From Amoebidium appalachense (Eukaryota > Protista > Ichthyosporea), in the NCBI GenBank assembly GCA_963693365.1, contig CAVNZM010000005.1, positions 3,306,202 to 3,370,201 on the forward strand: a DNA stretch of 64,000 bases, in the 5' to 3' direction. Positions 63,690 to 64,000 of this stretch are shown one piece after another (the stretch's first letter is position 1; each line of letters opens with the position of its first letter). Made by a program: the position numbers and the translations under genes. The notes beneath the pieces are model-generated. The model made no database searches and was not told the origin of the DNA. It saw only the letters and a list, made by a program, of their open reading frames with translations.

Positions 63690-64000
63690 CATGTCATTGA
63701 CCCTACTCGCCAACAACACAGGTGCAAGCGCACGGTGATAGCGCTCATGACCCTACTCTCCAACAACACAGGTGCAAGCGCACGGTGATAGCGCTCATGA
63801 CCCTACTCTCAAACAACACAGGTGCAAGCGCACGGTGATACGCAGCCACCGTGTGCATGTGTGTGTGTGTGTGTGTGTGAGGGGGGGGGGGGGGGGGGGG
63901 TTCAATGCGTGCGCTTGCACATGTGTTGTTTGAGAGTAGGGTCATGAGCGCTATCACCGGGCGCTTCCACATGTGTTGTTTGAGAGCAGGGTTGTGAGCG
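63690..64000. repeat. 50-bp tandem repeat x3 followed by inverted copies (runs off the window)
   Basis: CCCTACTCTCCAACAACACAGGTGCAAGCGCACGGTGATAGCGCTCATGA at 63701, 63751, 63801. Reverse-complement units start at ~63910. Confidence 0.9.

Overview
Eukaryotic genomic DNA with GT-AG introns and CTAAC branch points, extremely rich in poly-G/poly-C tracts and (CA)n/(GA)n microsatellites. Nearly all ORFs in the supplied track are simple-repeat artefacts. Well-supported genes: a 5'-truncated non-LTR retrotransposon RT (31146-32630, +); an 8-exon WDR55/JIP5-like WD40 gene (38926-45575, +, first exon unresolved); an intronless yeast-type dolichol-phosphate mannosyltransferase DPM1 (47872-48792, -); and an intact 7-exon, divergent KDM4-like JmjN/JmjC demethylase (56769-62082, +) with an unusual N-terminal domain. 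The JmjC gene lies in an accessory island of about 15 kb (about 49400-64000) made of short intronless ORFs (Zn-finger, Cys-rich TM, repeat/coiled-coil) and many tandem and inverted repeat arrays. By inference this island is part of an endogenised giant virus or a giant cargo-carrying transposon. The first 28 kb holds decayed or duplicated multi-exon remnants (weak Ulp1-like and OTU-like motifs), a foldback MITE and satellites. No rRNA, tRNA or CRISPR was seen. All domain calls are by-eye motif recognition, not database results.
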